A DNA stretch of 42,545 nt, taken from NCBI GenBank assembly GCA_016180105.1, contig JACPBZ010000005.1, positions 1 to 42,545 on the forward strand, given 5' to 3'. This document shows, one piece after another, positions 1-9,896 of this stretch. Below the pieces are notes generated by a model, which did not search any database, had not been told where the DNA came from, and saw only the letters and a program-made list of their open reading frames with translations. Made by a program: the position numbers and the translations under genes. The DNA comes from Candidatus Woesearchaeota archaeon. Its GTDB lineage: Archaea > Nanobdellota > Nanobdellia > Woesearchaeales > UBA10216. The stretch's first letter is position 1. The number at the start of each line of letters is the position of its first letter.

Positions 1-366
1 GTGAGGAATGCATTTTTTAAAATCGCCGCTGAAGTAGAGGTCATCTCCCATAAGGGCGAGAAACTTTTTTTCGCCGGCCAGGAATTTCTCAGCCTGCAAG
101 AGCGCGTGTCCTGTTCCGAGCTGCTCTGTCTGGAATGCGTAGGCCAGCTTTATCTTGCCGTAGTGGTTGCCGAACTTTGTCATTACCTCTTCGCTGCCGA
201 AGCCTACGACGATTACCGCTTCGTCAATTAGCTTCGTTTGTTGAAGCTGCTGCAAATTATATTCGAGAATTGTCAAGTTTGCTACAGTCAGCATTACCTT
301 TGACCTGTTGACTGTCAGTGGGTGCAGCCTTGTTGACTTGCCTGCCGCGAGTATTACTGCCTTCAT
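1..366 (-). CDS. Sugar-phosphate nucleotidyltransferase (GlmU-like), N-terminal part; runs off the window edge
   Basis: Not in ORF track. Manual translation from ATG at 366 (ATGA overlap with the yvcK stop) gives MKAVILAAGKSTRLHPLTVNRSKVML...EQLGTGHAL...LMGDDL, the NTP-transferase signature. Confidence 0.9.
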   Translation of the reverse strand, partial: MKAVILAAGKSTRLHPLTVNRSKVMLTVANLTILEYNLQQLQQTKLIDEAVIVVGFGSEEVMTKFGNHYGKIKLAYAFQTEQLGTGHALLQAEKFLAGEKKFLALMGDDLYFSGDFKKCIPH

Positions 367-1322
367 TTTGCCAGCTCCATTATTGCGGCCGCGACCTTGT
401 CGCTGTCATACACAACTTGGCCGCTTTCTTTCAGCAGGTCCTTGCCAATGAACTTTGCCGCATTTAAGCCTTTGCCAATCCTGACAGGCTCAAGCTGTGC
501 TGGCTCCTCTTTTTTATGGGCTTCGAGTCGTTTTGCGTCAGGCAGTTTGGTGTTGTACAGGACATAGTCCAGCTTGCCTGCGTATTTTTCCGCTTCTGCC
601 GCGAAATCCTCGACTGTGAACCCTTGTGTTTCGCCAAGCTTTGTCATGGCGTTGCAAACAAGGATTTTTTTTGCTTTGCTGGCTTTTATGGCTCCGGTTA
701 TGCCTTGCGGGAGGAAGCAGGGCAGTGATGACGAGTAAAGGTCTCCTGGGCCTATTGCTATGATGTCAGCCTCTTTTATTGCACTTACTGCTTGTGGGTA
801 AGCTGTTGCTTCCGGTTTTACGAATATTCTCTTGATTTTCAGGCTTGGATTGTGCTTTCTGGGCACGTCAATTTCGTCCTCGCCTTCAATTGTCTGGCCG
901 TTTTCAAGCTCTGCGTAAACATTTATCTTGTCTGTTGTTGCCGGCAGGCATCTTCCGTGGACTTCAAGGAAGTCGTGTGCTATTTCCAGGACTTTTCCAT
1001 AGTCCCGTAATGAGTTCTCAAGCCCTGCGAGGAAGGCGTTGCCGAAGCTATGCCCCCTGTGGCCCTGGTCAAAGACCTCGTGCCCGAACCTGAATGCGAA
1101 CAGGTCTTTTTTCCATTGGGGAGCTCTTGACAATGCCAGCAGATGCCTTCTTATGTCTCCAGGCGGCAGCACGTTGAAGTCCTTCCTGAACTGGCCGGTA
1201 GAGCCGCCATTGTCAACCATCGAGGTTACTGTTGTTATTTCCACTGGAAGCTTCGTCAGGCCTGCAAGGAGTGCCTTTGGCATGGCGTTCCCCCCTCCGA
1301 ATGCGACCAGTTTCAATGTCAC
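363..1322 (-). CDS. yvcK: YvcK/GlmR (CofD-like) UDP-GlcNAc-binding protein
   Basis: FGGG, DNGGSTG, PPGDIR, GHSFGN and GPGDLYSS motifs. Confidence 0.9.
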   Translation of the reverse strand: MTLKLVAFGGGNAMPKALLAGLTKLPVEITTVTSMVDNGGSTGQFRKDFNVLPPGDIRRHLLALSRAPQWKKDLFAFRFGHEVFDQGHRGHSFGNAFLAGLENSLRDYGKVLEIAHDFLEVHGRCLPATTDKINVYAELENGQTIEGEDEIDVPRKHNPSLKIKRIFVKPEATAYPQAVSAIKEADIIAIGPGDLYSSSLPCFLPQGITGAIKASKAKKILVCNAMTKLGETQGFTVEDFAAEAEKYAGKLDYVLYNTKLPDAKRLEAHKKEEPAQLEPVRIGKGLNAAKFIGKDLLKESGQVVYDSDKVAAAIMELAK

Positions 1323-2887
1323 TCTTTCACCTTATCCAGCACTGCCTTGACTATTGCCTTGTTCCCGGCGATTATGCCGTTTTCCGTGAATGGCGTCCAT
1401 TCTTTTCCGTTTATGTCCAGGGCCAATCCTCCTGCCTCTCTCACTAAGAGGGTTGACGCGGCATAGTCCCACGATTTGCTGCCGTAGTGAATGTAGCACT
1501 CTGCGTTGCCAGCGGCAACTTCGCACGTCTCTAGCGCGCCGCTTCCCTTGTGCCGTATGCTTTTGGCTTCTGTCAGTTTTGAAAGGGTGTTTATCATTTT
1601 TTTTCTTCTGTCTGTATGGTAGCCGAAATCGCAGTAAATGTATGATTCCGTGAGGGCGCTAATGCCCGAGACTTTTAGGCGCTTGCCATTGAGGTATGCG
1701 CCGTTTCCTGCTGTCGCTGTCCACAATTCATTGTTGAGCGGGTCGTATATTGCACCCACAAGAAGGTCATTGCCTTTTGCCAGGGCTATTGAAACGCAAA
1801 AGTATCTTCCTTTTCTGCTGTAGTTCGTGGTGCCGTCAAGCGGGTCAACGTACCAGGTGAGGCCGTTGCCTTTTACTGGCTCGCTTTCCTCGCTTACTAT
1901 GCCGTATTCTGGGAATTCCTTGAGAAGTTTTTTCGTTATGGCCGCATCGCATTCCTTGTCGGCATTGGTGACTATGCTCCTGATATTGTTATTCTTGAAG
2001 TCTATCTGGAGCTCTGACTTATAGTGCCTTAAAAGTATGTTGCCCGCTTCTTTTGCTGCGGCAATTGCTACGTCCAGGGCCTTGTTTAGGAACCCTTCAG
2101 TTTCCAATTTGCCAGCGGCTTCCCTGTCCAGCAGGATTTCTGTTTTCTCCATGGCATTCCAAAGGAAGGTGATGGGCCATTGCTTATCGAACTTTCTGGC
2201 AGAAAGAAGCCTTTGGGTGATTTTGGCCTTGCCCTCTCCGAAAGCTATGAAAATGAGTTTTCTTGACTTTAGAATCGTGGATAATCCGATGGAAACCCCG
2301 AATCTTGGGACATTGTTAATATCATTGTCAAATTCTTTTTTCATTTTTTCAAAATTATATTCAATCACAGTCTTTGGAAGTGCAAGAACCCTTGTTCCCA
2401 AGCTTAGGGGCGTGCCAGGGCCGTTCTGTGCAACGTGGCCGTCGTGTGCGCCTGTCGCAATTATGAAAATGTCCACTCCGCCAAGGCTGTCAATCAATGA
2501 CTCGAACCCTTGGGGGTCATTTGGGTCTGGAAAATGCGTGTTTTTGCGAAACTGAGCAGCCTGCTTTGAAGGGAGCTTTTTCAGGAGGTCTTTTTCCCAA
2601 TGGTAGCGGCCTGACACTGGCCAATTGAGGTCAACGAAGGAGTATGTTGAACCTGACTTAACAACATATTCGTCCATCATGACTGCGTGAAAGTTTGCAA
2701 GGTCTATCTGCTCGTCTTTGACAATTTTGGCAAAAGCATCAAGAATGGGAACTGGCGTGGTTCCCCAGGGAATTCCCAAGACTAGTTTGCCTTTCTGCTT
2801 ATATTCAGCGATGATTTTTTCAGCTGCCGCCTTTCCAAGCTCTTCGGGATTATCGAAGACTCTTATTTTTGGAGAGGTAAAAACCAT
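1319..2887 (-). CDS. Fusion of a glucosamine-6-P deaminase (NagB)-like domain and an inositol monophosphatase/FBPase domain
   Basis: N-half has GTTP, MDEY and DGHVAQN; C-half has SEE, VDPLDGTTNY and WDYAA. Confidence 0.85.
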   Translation of the reverse strand: MVFTSPKIRVFDNPEELGKAAAEKIIAEYKQKGKLVLGIPWGTTPVPILDAFAKIVKDEQIDLANFHAVMMDEYVVKSGSTYSFVDLNWPVSGRYHWEKDLLKKLPSKQAAQFRKNTHFPDPNDPQGFESLIDSLGGVDIFIIATGAHDGHVAQNGPGTPLSLGTRVLALPKTVIEYNFEKMKKEFDNDINNVPRFGVSIGLSTILKSRKLIFIAFGEGKAKITQRLLSARKFDKQWPITFLWNAMEKTEILLDREAAGKLETEGFLNKALDVAIAAAKEAGNILLRHYKSELQIDFKNNNIRSIVTNADKECDAAITKKLLKEFPEYGIVSEESEPVKGNGLTWYVDPLDGTTNYSRKGRYFCVSIALAKGNDLLVGAIYDPLNNELWTATAGNGAYLNGKRLKVSGISALTESYIYCDFGYHTDRRKKMINTLSKLTEAKSIRHKGSGALETCEVAAGNAECYIHYGSKSWDYAASTLLVREAGGLALDINGKEWTPFTENGIIAGNKAIVKAVLDKVKE

Positions 2888-2903
2888 TTTCTTCAGCCAA
2901 ACC

Positions 2904-3566
2904 TTATTTTATCTGCTGGCCGAGCTTTGCCCAGTCGTCGAGGAATTGCTTCAGGCCTGCGTCAGTCAATGGGTGCCTGTAAAGCTGCTCTATTACCTTG
3001 AAGGGGATTGTGGCTATGTCCGCGCCTATCATTGCGGCTTGCTTCACGTGCACCGGGTTTCTTATGCTTGCGACAAGGATTTTAGTCTCGAACTCATAGT
3101 TGTCGTATATTTCCCTTATTTCCTCAACAAGTTCAATGCCGTCGTGGCCCGCGTCATCAAGCCTTCCTATGAATGGGCTTATGATGTATGCGCCTGCTTT
3201 TGCCGCCAGCAAAGCCTGGTTTGCGGAGAAGCATAGCGTGACGTTGGTCCTTATGCCTTCTGCCTTGAGCGTTTTCACTGCCTTCAGGCCATCAGGTGTC
3301 AATGGGACTTTCACGACAACATTTTTGTGGATTTTGGCTAGTATCCTTCCTTCGTGAAGTATGTCTTCGTATTTTGTAGCCACTACTTCTGCAGAAATGT
3401 CGCCGTGGACTATCTCGCATATCTCCTTCACTATTGCCTTGAAGTCCTTGCCCTTGTCCTTTTCCTTCGCGACAAGGCTCGGGTTTGTCGTGACCCCATC
3501 AAGTATTCCCCAGTCATTTGCCTGCCTTATCTCATCAATGTTCGCTGTGTCAATGAATATTTTCAT
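2904..3566 (-). CDS. tal: Transaldolase (short TalC/FSA family)
   Basis: [19 protein letters not shown] and NVTLCFS; SAEV and SPFIGR match transaldolase rather than FSA. Confidence 0.88.
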   Translation of the reverse strand: MKIFIDTANIDEIRQANDWGILDGVTTNPSLVAKEKDKGKDFKAIVKEICEIVHGDISAEVVATKYEDILHEGRILAKIHKNVVVKVPLTPDGLKAVKTLKAEGIRTNVTLCFSANQALLAAKAGAYIISPFIGRLDDAGHDGIELVEEIREIYDNYEFETKILVASIRNPVHVKQAAMIGADIATIPFKVIEQLYRHPLTDAGLKQFLDDWAKLGQQIK

Positions 3567-3590
3567 TTTCTTTCCCCCCCTTCATTGGAT

Positions 3591-4274
3591 TTAATTGCGC
3601 TGGTGGCTGTTTTTATTGTTTGTGCTCAGCAGTTCGAGGTTCGCGTTCATCAGTTCTGAAAGGCTGCTCACAGTCGTGTTTGCAATTGAAAGGTCGTGGT
3701 TCCTCGTCGAATCTGTTTTTAGTGCGACACAGGCCATTCCGGCAGATTTGGCCGCGGTTATGCCTGGCTTGGAATCCTCGATTACGAGGCATTCTGCTGG
3801 CTGAAGGCCAAGCTTCCTTGCAGCGAGGAGGAAAACATCCGGGGCTGGCTTTCCGTTTGTCACGTCCTCGCACGAGACTATGTGGTTGAAATAGTTGCTT
3901 ATCTTGAGCTTGGCAACGACGGCATCAATCACTTTCCTGTATTGGCCTGATGCAATGGCTAGTTTGTAGCCCTTTTTGCTGAGCAGCCCAAGTAGTGGAA
4001 TTAGTCCCTCGCTTGGCTCAATGCCGTCCTGTTCAATCATCCTTATCACAGTGTTGGTCTTTTCTTCGGCAAGCCACTGCGCGGCTTCAGGGATTTTGAA
4101 CGTCTCCTTGAACAGTTCCCAGCTTTTCAGGGTGGACACGCCAATGAGCTCAGAATTCTCTTTTTCGGAAACGTGCGCCCCGTATCTTGCAAGCACGGCG
4201 TTGTCGGCCTTGGCGTGCAGCGGCTCTATGTCTGCTATGACGCCGTCGTGGTCAAAGATGATTCCCTTTATCAT
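3591..4274 (-). CDS. HAD-family phosphatase/phosphomutase (beta-PGM-like)
   Basis: FDHDGV (DxD), GKPAPDVF and IEDS motifs. Confidence 0.85.
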   Translation of the reverse strand: MIKGIIFDHDGVIADIEPLHAKADNAVLARYGAHVSEKENSELIGVSTLKSWELFKETFKIPEAAQWLAEEKTNTVIRMIEQDGIEPSEGLIPLLGLLSKKGYKLAIASGQYRKVIDAVVAKLKISNYFNHIVSCEDVTNGKPAPDVFLLAARKLGLQPAECLVIEDSKPGITAAKSAGMACVALKTDSTRNHDLSIANTTVSSLSELMNANLELLSTNNKNSHQRN

Positions 4275-6082
4275 TTCACTGTCACGCTTTTTGCGAGGTT
4301 CCTGGGGTAGTCTGGGTCCCTTCCCAGGAGCAAGGCTATGTTGTACGCGAGTATCTGCACAGGGATAATGTTGACGATTGGCGATGCATTTCCGGCGTCA
4401 GGCACTTTCACCCAAAAGTCAAACACCTCGTCGTTTTCAGGTGAAATCCCTATTATGAAGCCGCCGCGGGCCTTGACTTCTGATGCGTTGTTCAGGATGT
4501 CCTGTTTCGCATCATCGTTTGCCACGAGGACTATGCACGGTGTGTCCGGGCCAACCAGGGCCAGAGGCCCGTGCTTTAGCTCACCGCCCGCAAAGCCCTG
4601 GGCGTGGATGTTGCAAGTCTCTTGCAGCTTTATTGCGGCTTCCAGTGCTATTGGGTAGTTCAGGCCCCTTCCGATGATGAAGATGTCTTTCTTGTCCTGA
4701 AGTATGAGGGCCAGCCTTTTCAGGTGTTCTTCATATCTTGGGTTTAGCATATCGTTGACTGAGCTTGCGGCATTCATTAGCAGTAGTTTCCCTTCCTGCA
4801 GCCGTCCGGCTGCCGCGTAAGCAAGGAGGCTTAGGACTGCGAGCTGCGCCGTGGTTGCTTTCGTGCTGACAACTGCCCTTTCGGCACCGGCGTTTGTGAT
4901 GAAGAAGTCATCGCTTACTCTCATCATCGTAGAGCCAAAGACATTGAGAAGCGAGACTATTTTTGCGCTCTTTGATTTCGCAATCTCTATGGCTTCGAGC
5001 ACGTCTGCTGTCTCCCCGCTTTGCGAGACTGCAACTACGAGTGTTTTAGGTGTCAGGTAATGCTGGTAGCCTGAAAATTCGGATGCGACCACGGAGTTCA
5101 CGTGCTTCTTTGCGATTTTTGAGAAAAGGTATTCCCCGGTCATGCAGACCTTTCCGGCAGTTCCGCACCCCACTAGGAAGGTGCCGAATGCCCCCTTGAT
5201 TGCGTCGGCGACATCTTGTATTTTCTCATCGTCCTGGTTTATTGCCGCGGCAATGGTGTACTTTTGTTCCATTATCTCTTTTATCAGGAAATGGTCATAG
5301 CCTTCCTTTTCCAGGTTTGCCTTGCCGTGCCAATGTATGTCAACCACCCGTTTCTGCTTAGGCGCCCCTGTTTCTATGTCAAAGAAGTCTATCTTTCCGT
5401 TTGATATGGACAATCCCTCGTTGTCATCAAGGTACATTACCTTGTTTGTGTGGTCAAGGAATGCTGTCAAGTCGGATGCGATGAAGAATTCTTCGCTGTT
5501 GTTCTCGTGTATGCCCACGATAAGGGGCGCTCCCTTCCTGGCTGCGAACATCTGGCCTGTTTCTGAGTTGAGCGCGACAAAGGCTGACCTTCCCTTGATG
5601 AGGATTGCCGCCTTTCGCGCGGCGGTCAGGAAGTCGCAACCCTCCTTTTGCATCAGGTGCTCGATGTAGTGGGGTATGACTTCCGTGTCGGTCTGCGACT
5701 TGAACTCGTGTGCTTCGCCCGGGGTGTTGAGGCTGTTGCGTATGCCTTGGTAGTTCTCGATAATGCCATTGTGGACGACTGCTATGGTAAGCCGGCAGTC
5801 CAAATGCGGGTGGGCATTCTGCTCTGTCACTCCCCCGTGCGTGGCCCATCTTGTGTGCGCGATTGCCATGTGGTTTTGTTCGGGAATTGCTTGCTTGACG
5901 AATTCGCTGTTAGTGGCGCCAATCTTTCCGACTTTCTTTATTACCGAGAAGGCTTTTTTTCCATTGGCCAGGAGCGCAGCGACGCCCCAGGAATCGTATC
6001 CCCTGTATTCGAGTTTTTTCAGGCTTTCAAAGGCGAGGATGGCTGCATCCCCTTTTCCAGAATATGCAATTATTCCGCACAT
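4271..6082 (-). CDS. glmS: Glutamine-fructose-6-phosphate transaminase
   Basis: MCGI start, EYRGYDS, HTRWATHG, SQSGETAD, ELKHGP and C-terminal PRNLAKSVTV. Confidence 0.97.
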   Translation of the reverse strand: MCGIIAYSGKGDAAILAFESLKKLEYRGYDSWGVAALLANGKKAFSVIKKVGKIGATNSEFVKQAIPEQNHMAIAHTRWATHGGVTEQNAHPHLDCRLTIAVVHNGIIENYQGIRNSLNTPGEAHEFKSQTDTEVIPHYIEHLMQKEGCDFLTAARKAAILIKGRSAFVALNSETGQMFAARKGAPLIVGIHENNSEEFFIASDLTAFLDHTNKVMYLDDNEGLSISNGKIDFFDIETGAPKQKRVVDIHWHGKANLEKEGYDHFLIKEIMEQKYTIAAAINQDDEKIQDVADAIKGAFGTFLVGCGTAGKVCMTGEYLFSKIAKKHVNSVVASEFSGYQHYLTPKTLVVAVSQSGETADVLEAIEIAKSKSAKIVSLLNVFGSTMMRVSDDFFITNAGAERAVVSTKATTAQLAVLSLLAYAAAGRLQEGKLLLMNAASSVNDMLNPRYEEHLKRLALILQDKKDIFIIGRGLNYPIALEAAIKLQETCNIHAQGFAGGELKHGPLALVGPDTPCIVLVANDDAKQDILNNASEVKARGGFIIGISPENDEVFDFWVKVPDAGNASPIVNIIPVQILAYNIALLLGRDPDYPRNLAKSVTVK

Positions 6083-6132
6083 GCAATTGACCCCAAAAGG
6101 CTTGTTTATCTAGCTTTTGCTGTTAAGATTTC

Positions 6133-6190
6133 AGGCGGCGAGCGCGAATTCTTCGAGGTGTTGAGGCTAGAAGCGTGACACCCGCCACCT
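6133..6190 (-). ncRNA. Candidate structured RNA or glmS leader hairpin
   Basis: 12-bp stem AGGUGGCGGGUG/CGCUCGCCGCCU with three G-U pairs valid only on the minus strand; starts about 20 nt after TTTTAAATA (6219-6211). Confidence 0.45.
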
Positions 6191-6301
6191 TTAGAGTGCA
6201 ACGATGCCCATATTTAAAAGTATTGCTAAAATGCTAATAGAACCATTAAAGATATATTTGTAATAGAGCCTATATATGGCGGTTGCGATAGTGCTGCCAG
6301 C

Positions 6302-6862
6302 ATGAAAAGGGAAAGCCGGATTTTGGGCATTGACGACAGCCCTTTTGACAAGTTCAGGGATAAGCGCGTTCTTCTGATAGGCGTTTTTTTCCGCGGCGGG
6401 AGCAGTCTGGACGGCGTCATGACGACAACTGCTGCAGTTGACGGCAGCGATGCAACAGCAAAAATAGCTGCCCTGGTAAAGAAGAGCCATTTTTACACCC
6501 AGATAAGGGCAATAATGCTGAATGGGATAGCCGTCGCCGGTTTCAATGTTGTGGATATTCAAAAATTGGCGGCCGTGACTGGAATTCCGGTTATTGTCGT
6601 GATGCGCGGCTATCCAGAGGTTGACAAGATGAAGTCCACGCTTCTTAAGCTTGGCATGAAAGGCAAGGCAAGGCTTATGGAAAAAGCAGGGATTATTCAC
6701 AGGGTGGGCAATATTCACGTCCAGTTCTCAGGCTGCAGCCTTCAAAGGGCAAAAGAGTTTCTCAGGATATCCTGCACGCGCTCCAACATTCCTGAGCCAG
6801 TCAGGGTGGCACACCTCATCGCTGCTGGCGTGAGGCTTGGGGAAAGCAAGGGAAGAGCCTAG
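6302..6862 (+). CDS. DUF99 family (endonuclease V-like) protein
   Basis: ILGIDDSPF, VDGSDAT, AGFNVVD and PEPVRVAHLIA. Confidence 0.85.
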   Translation: MKRESRILGIDDSPFDKFRDKRVLLIGVFFRGGSSLDGVMTTTAAVDGSDATAKIAALVKKSHFYTQIRAIMLNGIAVAGFNVVDIQKLAAVTGIPVIVVMRGYPEVDKMKSTLLKLGMKGKARLMEKAGIIHRVGNIHVQFSGCSLQRAKEFLRISCTRSNIPEPVRVAHLIAAGVRLGESKGRA

Positions 6863-7920
6863 AAAACAAAAGGTATAAACCGGTATTTTACTTTTTTGCA
6901 GTATTCCTGGTATTCCTTGTCGGCTATGAGGTGCCGCTCTTCGGTCACTGCCCTGAGAAAGTAGATGAATGCCCACGCGCCTGTTGTCGCGATTATGATA
7001 GCGCTCTGAATGGGGTTCGTGAATGACAGCAATGGCAGCACTGTGACTGCCCAGGCGAGGTTCTTTGAAACGTATGCCGGGTGCCTCACGAACCTGTATG
7101 GGCCTCTCGAGACGATTCCCCTGTTTGTCAGGTTGGAGCATTTTGCGCCAAGGGCCAGGGTTGCCCACACGTATATCAGGAAGAAAATAATGACGAGGAT
7201 TCTCAGCACGAGGGTGAGCCCTTCTGTTGGCATCCGGGCATAGTCATTCGCGTACCAGCCAAGATAGTTCCCGAGGAAGCTGTTGAAAGGAGGGTAGCAA
7301 ACCAGGGTCACTATCCAGCCAAGGAAGGTTGGTTCGACGGATCGTACTGTGTTGCGCAGCCAGGAAGATTCTATCGCATAGCCAAAAGTAAAATAAGCAG
7401 TGTCAACCGCGAAAAGGAGTGAAATAATGGCAGGATATGCCAGGTAATTGAGGGATTCTGCCGTGAGTGCGAACCCGCGGGCTTGCCAGCTCCCAAGCGT
7501 GCTTTGAAGGTCGTAAAGGCTGCCGAACAGGAAGTTTATCATCAGCGGCAGGAAAAAAATCTTTACAAGCACGAAAAGCAGCACTGTTTTCTCATACGGG
7601 TCTATTCTCGGCAGGGGATGGCCTGGATTCAGCGTGAAGTTTGCAATGTATGCTTTTGTTTCGCGGGAAAGCCGCCAAAGCGTTTTTATGAGCGTGGCTC
7701 CCTTTGATTCGCGAACCTGCCCGAATGGCAGGACGATTTGGAACAGGAAGCCAAGCGCCGTGTATGCGATTGCCATCCACAGGAGGACTTGTTGTGTTTC
7801 AGGCCTGAGGAAGCCGGCATAGTAGCTGTTTGCGCGGTAAAATGCCAGGGCAAGCCATATGAGCGCCAGGTTGGAGACGTATGATTCAGCCCTGTGCCGA
7901 AGCCCTGAGTGAGCTAGCAT
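6859..7920 (-). CDS. Membrane protein, isoprenylcysteine carboxyl methyltransferase-like
   Basis: Multiple TM segments, GPYRFVRHPAY, EERHL and YQEYCKKVKYRF; ATG at 7920 follows a TTTATAAA box. Confidence 0.75.
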   Translation of the reverse strand: MLAHSGLRHRAESYVSNLALIWLALAFYRANSYYAGFLRPETQQVLLWMAIAYTALGFLFQIVLPFGQVRESKGATLIKTLWRLSRETKAYIANFTLNPGHPLPRIDPYEKTVLLFVLVKIFFLPLMINFLFGSLYDLQSTLGSWQARGFALTAESLNYLAYPAIISLLFAVDTAYFTFGYAIESSWLRNTVRSVEPTFLGWIVTLVCYPPFNSFLGNYLGWYANDYARMPTEGLTLVLRILVIIFFLIYVWATLALGAKCSNLTNRGIVSRGPYRFVRHPAYVSKNLAWAVTVLPLLSFTNPIQSAIIIATTGAWAFIYFLRAVTEERHLIADKEYQEYCKKVKYRFIPFVF

Positions 7921-8122
7921 CACGGGACTGCCCTGAAGGAAATTTATAAAGTCTGCGCTTTTCCCATGCAAGAATATTTTCCGCCTTTTCCGTTTTTTTT
8001 CCAGGAATTTGGCGTTTTTGGGCAAAGTTTCCGGCTGCTGCCGCAACTGATTCGGAGATGCCGGAATTCCGACGGCAAATTGGCAGAAAGGCATTTTAAT
8101 TCTGAATTTCAGAGTTTGCCGT

Positions 8123-9364
8123 ATGACAAGAAAGTTTATGATGGCGGCAGCGGCGATTCTGTTGCTTTTCCCCGTGATCGTGGCAGCCGAGAATGCAGTC
8201 ATCATCTCACAGGTGATTTACAGTCCTTCAGGCACCAATTCCGGCGGGGAGGCGGTAGAGCTTTACAACCCCCTGGCTTTTTCTGTAAACATCAGCAATT
8301 GGGTTGTGGCAACCGAAACCTCCCTAACGGATGCGATGCTTCCGCAGGGAGCGATGATTTGCGGCGGATGTTATTATCTTGTCGCTGACGCCAATTGGTC
8401 AAATGCGAAGGATGATGCTGGCTGGCCAAATGCGGATTATGAGGAGGCGATTACCCTGGCTAATTCAGATGCAGGCGTCGCCCTCAAGGACTCAAATGGC
8501 ACGGCAATGGACGCCGTGGGCTGGGGCAATCCCGCAGGCATAGGCTCCGGCCTCTTTGAGGGCTCACCCCACTCTGGCAGCAGCGCAGGCAATTCCCTTA
8601 TGAGAAAGACTGTAAATGGAAGCTATGCTGACAGCAGCAACAATTCAGGGGATTTCATCGACTCTGCTCCAAATTTCCGTAATTCGAGCTCTGTTTCTGC
8701 AGCCGCCAAAGGCGGGGAAATAGCAGTTATGATTGTGGTCGGCGGTTCGGCACCTGTCATCAGTTCCCTTGCCATCTTGGTAGATGATGATTCTTTCATT
8801 ACAGGAAATCAGATTGTCCCTGTTCCGGGAAATAACAGGACAGTAAGCATTGAAGCAACTGTGCACGATTCCAATGGCGCTCCTGACATTGCATCCGTGG
8901 CAATTGCGTTCAACGGCTCTGTCTTCGCAATGTCGAAAAAGGCTGAAGTCAACTCGACTGCGGCAGTTTATTCTGCATCCCTTAATCTTTCAAGCAGCTT
9001 TCCGGCAGGCAGTTACGCCGCAGAACCCGGCGGGACCTATGAGATATCGGGCGACGACTCAGTCTCCACGGTGTCAAACATTACTCTCACTAATGAGGGG
9101 AATGTTCTGTTGGATTTCAATATCTGGGCCACGAATTTCACTTCCGGAAGCAGCCTCATTGAGGCTTCAAGGTTGAGGTATGCCTTTAATGGCAACTACA
9201 ATGATGCCAGCAGTGCAGGTGTGATGTCGAATTCGAAAGTGCAGAAGGACATTAACCTTAAGCCAGGTGCCCGCACGGGCCTGAGCCTTATGCTGGACGT
9301 GCCAATGGCAGCTTCGTCCGGGAACTACTCTGGGAGGATATCGCTGGTCGCGGTGAATGGGTAA
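8123..9364 (+). CDS. Secreted lamin-tail-domain protein
   Basis: Signal peptide followed by VIISQVIY, EAVELYNP, LANSDAGVALKD and DAVGWG. Confidence 0.75.
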   Translation: MTRKFMMAAAAILLLFPVIVAAENAVIISQVIYSPSGTNSGGEAVELYNPLAFSVNISNWVVATETSLTDAMLPQGAMICGGCYYLVADANWSNAKDDAGWPNADYEEAITLANSDAGVALKDSNGTAMDAVGWGNPAGIGSGLFEGSPHSGSSAGNSLMRKTVNGSYADSSNNSGDFIDSAPNFRNSSSVSAAAKGGEIAVMIVVGGSAPVISSLAILVDDDSFITGNQIVPVPGNNRTVSIEATVHDSNGAPDIASVAIAFNGSVFAMSKKAEVNSTAAVYSASLNLSSSFPAGSYAAEPGGTYEISGDDSVSTVSNITLTNEGNVLLDFNIWATNFTSGSSLIEASRLRYAFNGNYNDASSAGVMSNSKVQKDINLKPGARTGLSLMLDVPMAASSGNYSGRISLVAVNG

Positions 9365-9873
9365 TGAATTTCAGCTTTCTTATTTATTTTTTTCTTTTGC
9401 TTGTTGCAACAGCGGGTAATGCCGGTGCTGCTGGCTTTGGCGTTTCACCTTCCAGCCTTGAATTCAGCCTGAGTGAAGGCTCGGAAGCGTCGCGTCAGCT
9501 CGTGATATTCAACACAGGCAAGGATTCTGTTGATTTCAGCATCTTGGCCTCTCCAAGCATTCGCGTCCGGCCTGAAAGCGGCGAGATAGGGGGCGGGAAA
9601 GCTGCCGCCGCGACAGTAACAGTGATTGGCACAAAAGCTGGTGTTGCAAATGGCGAATTGGCAGTGAGCCTTGGCAGCAGCCGCAATGCCGAAAACCGGG
9701 TGAGCCTTTCATTGGGAACTTCAGTGCCGGTCACGGTGCGTGTTGTCAAGGGCGTGCCGGCCGCAAGCGCTTTTGTTGGCATTCTCGTCTCGGTAGTGAT
9801 TGTTGTTGCCGGATTGGGGGTGTGTATTCCTCTAAGGCAGAATTTGCTTGGCAGGGCCGCAAGGTTTATATAG
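9364..9873 (+). CDS. Secreted, membrane-anchored Ig-like protein
   Basis: Signal peptide, GFGVSPSSL, C-terminal TM helix; TAATG coupling to the upstream gene. Confidence 0.65.
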   Translation: MNFSFLIYFFLLLVATAGNAGAAGFGVSPSSLEFSLSEGSEASRQLVIFNTGKDSVDFSILASPSIRVRPESGEIGGGKAAAATVTVIGTKAGVANGELAVSLGSSRNAENRVSLSLGTSVPVTVRVVKGVPAASAFVGILVSVVIVVAGLGVCIPLRQNLLGRAARFI

Positions 9874-9896
9874 ATATTCATATGTATATCTATATT

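Noticed and set aside
6083-6220. glmS ribozyme
   Set aside because: The conserved core (AGCGCC...GACGAGG) is not found; kept only as an unknown hairpin.
8990-9040. Possible in-frame deletion in the lamin-tail gene (GSYA/AEPGG)
   Set aside because: The domain transition looks abrupt but cannot be demonstrated without homologues.
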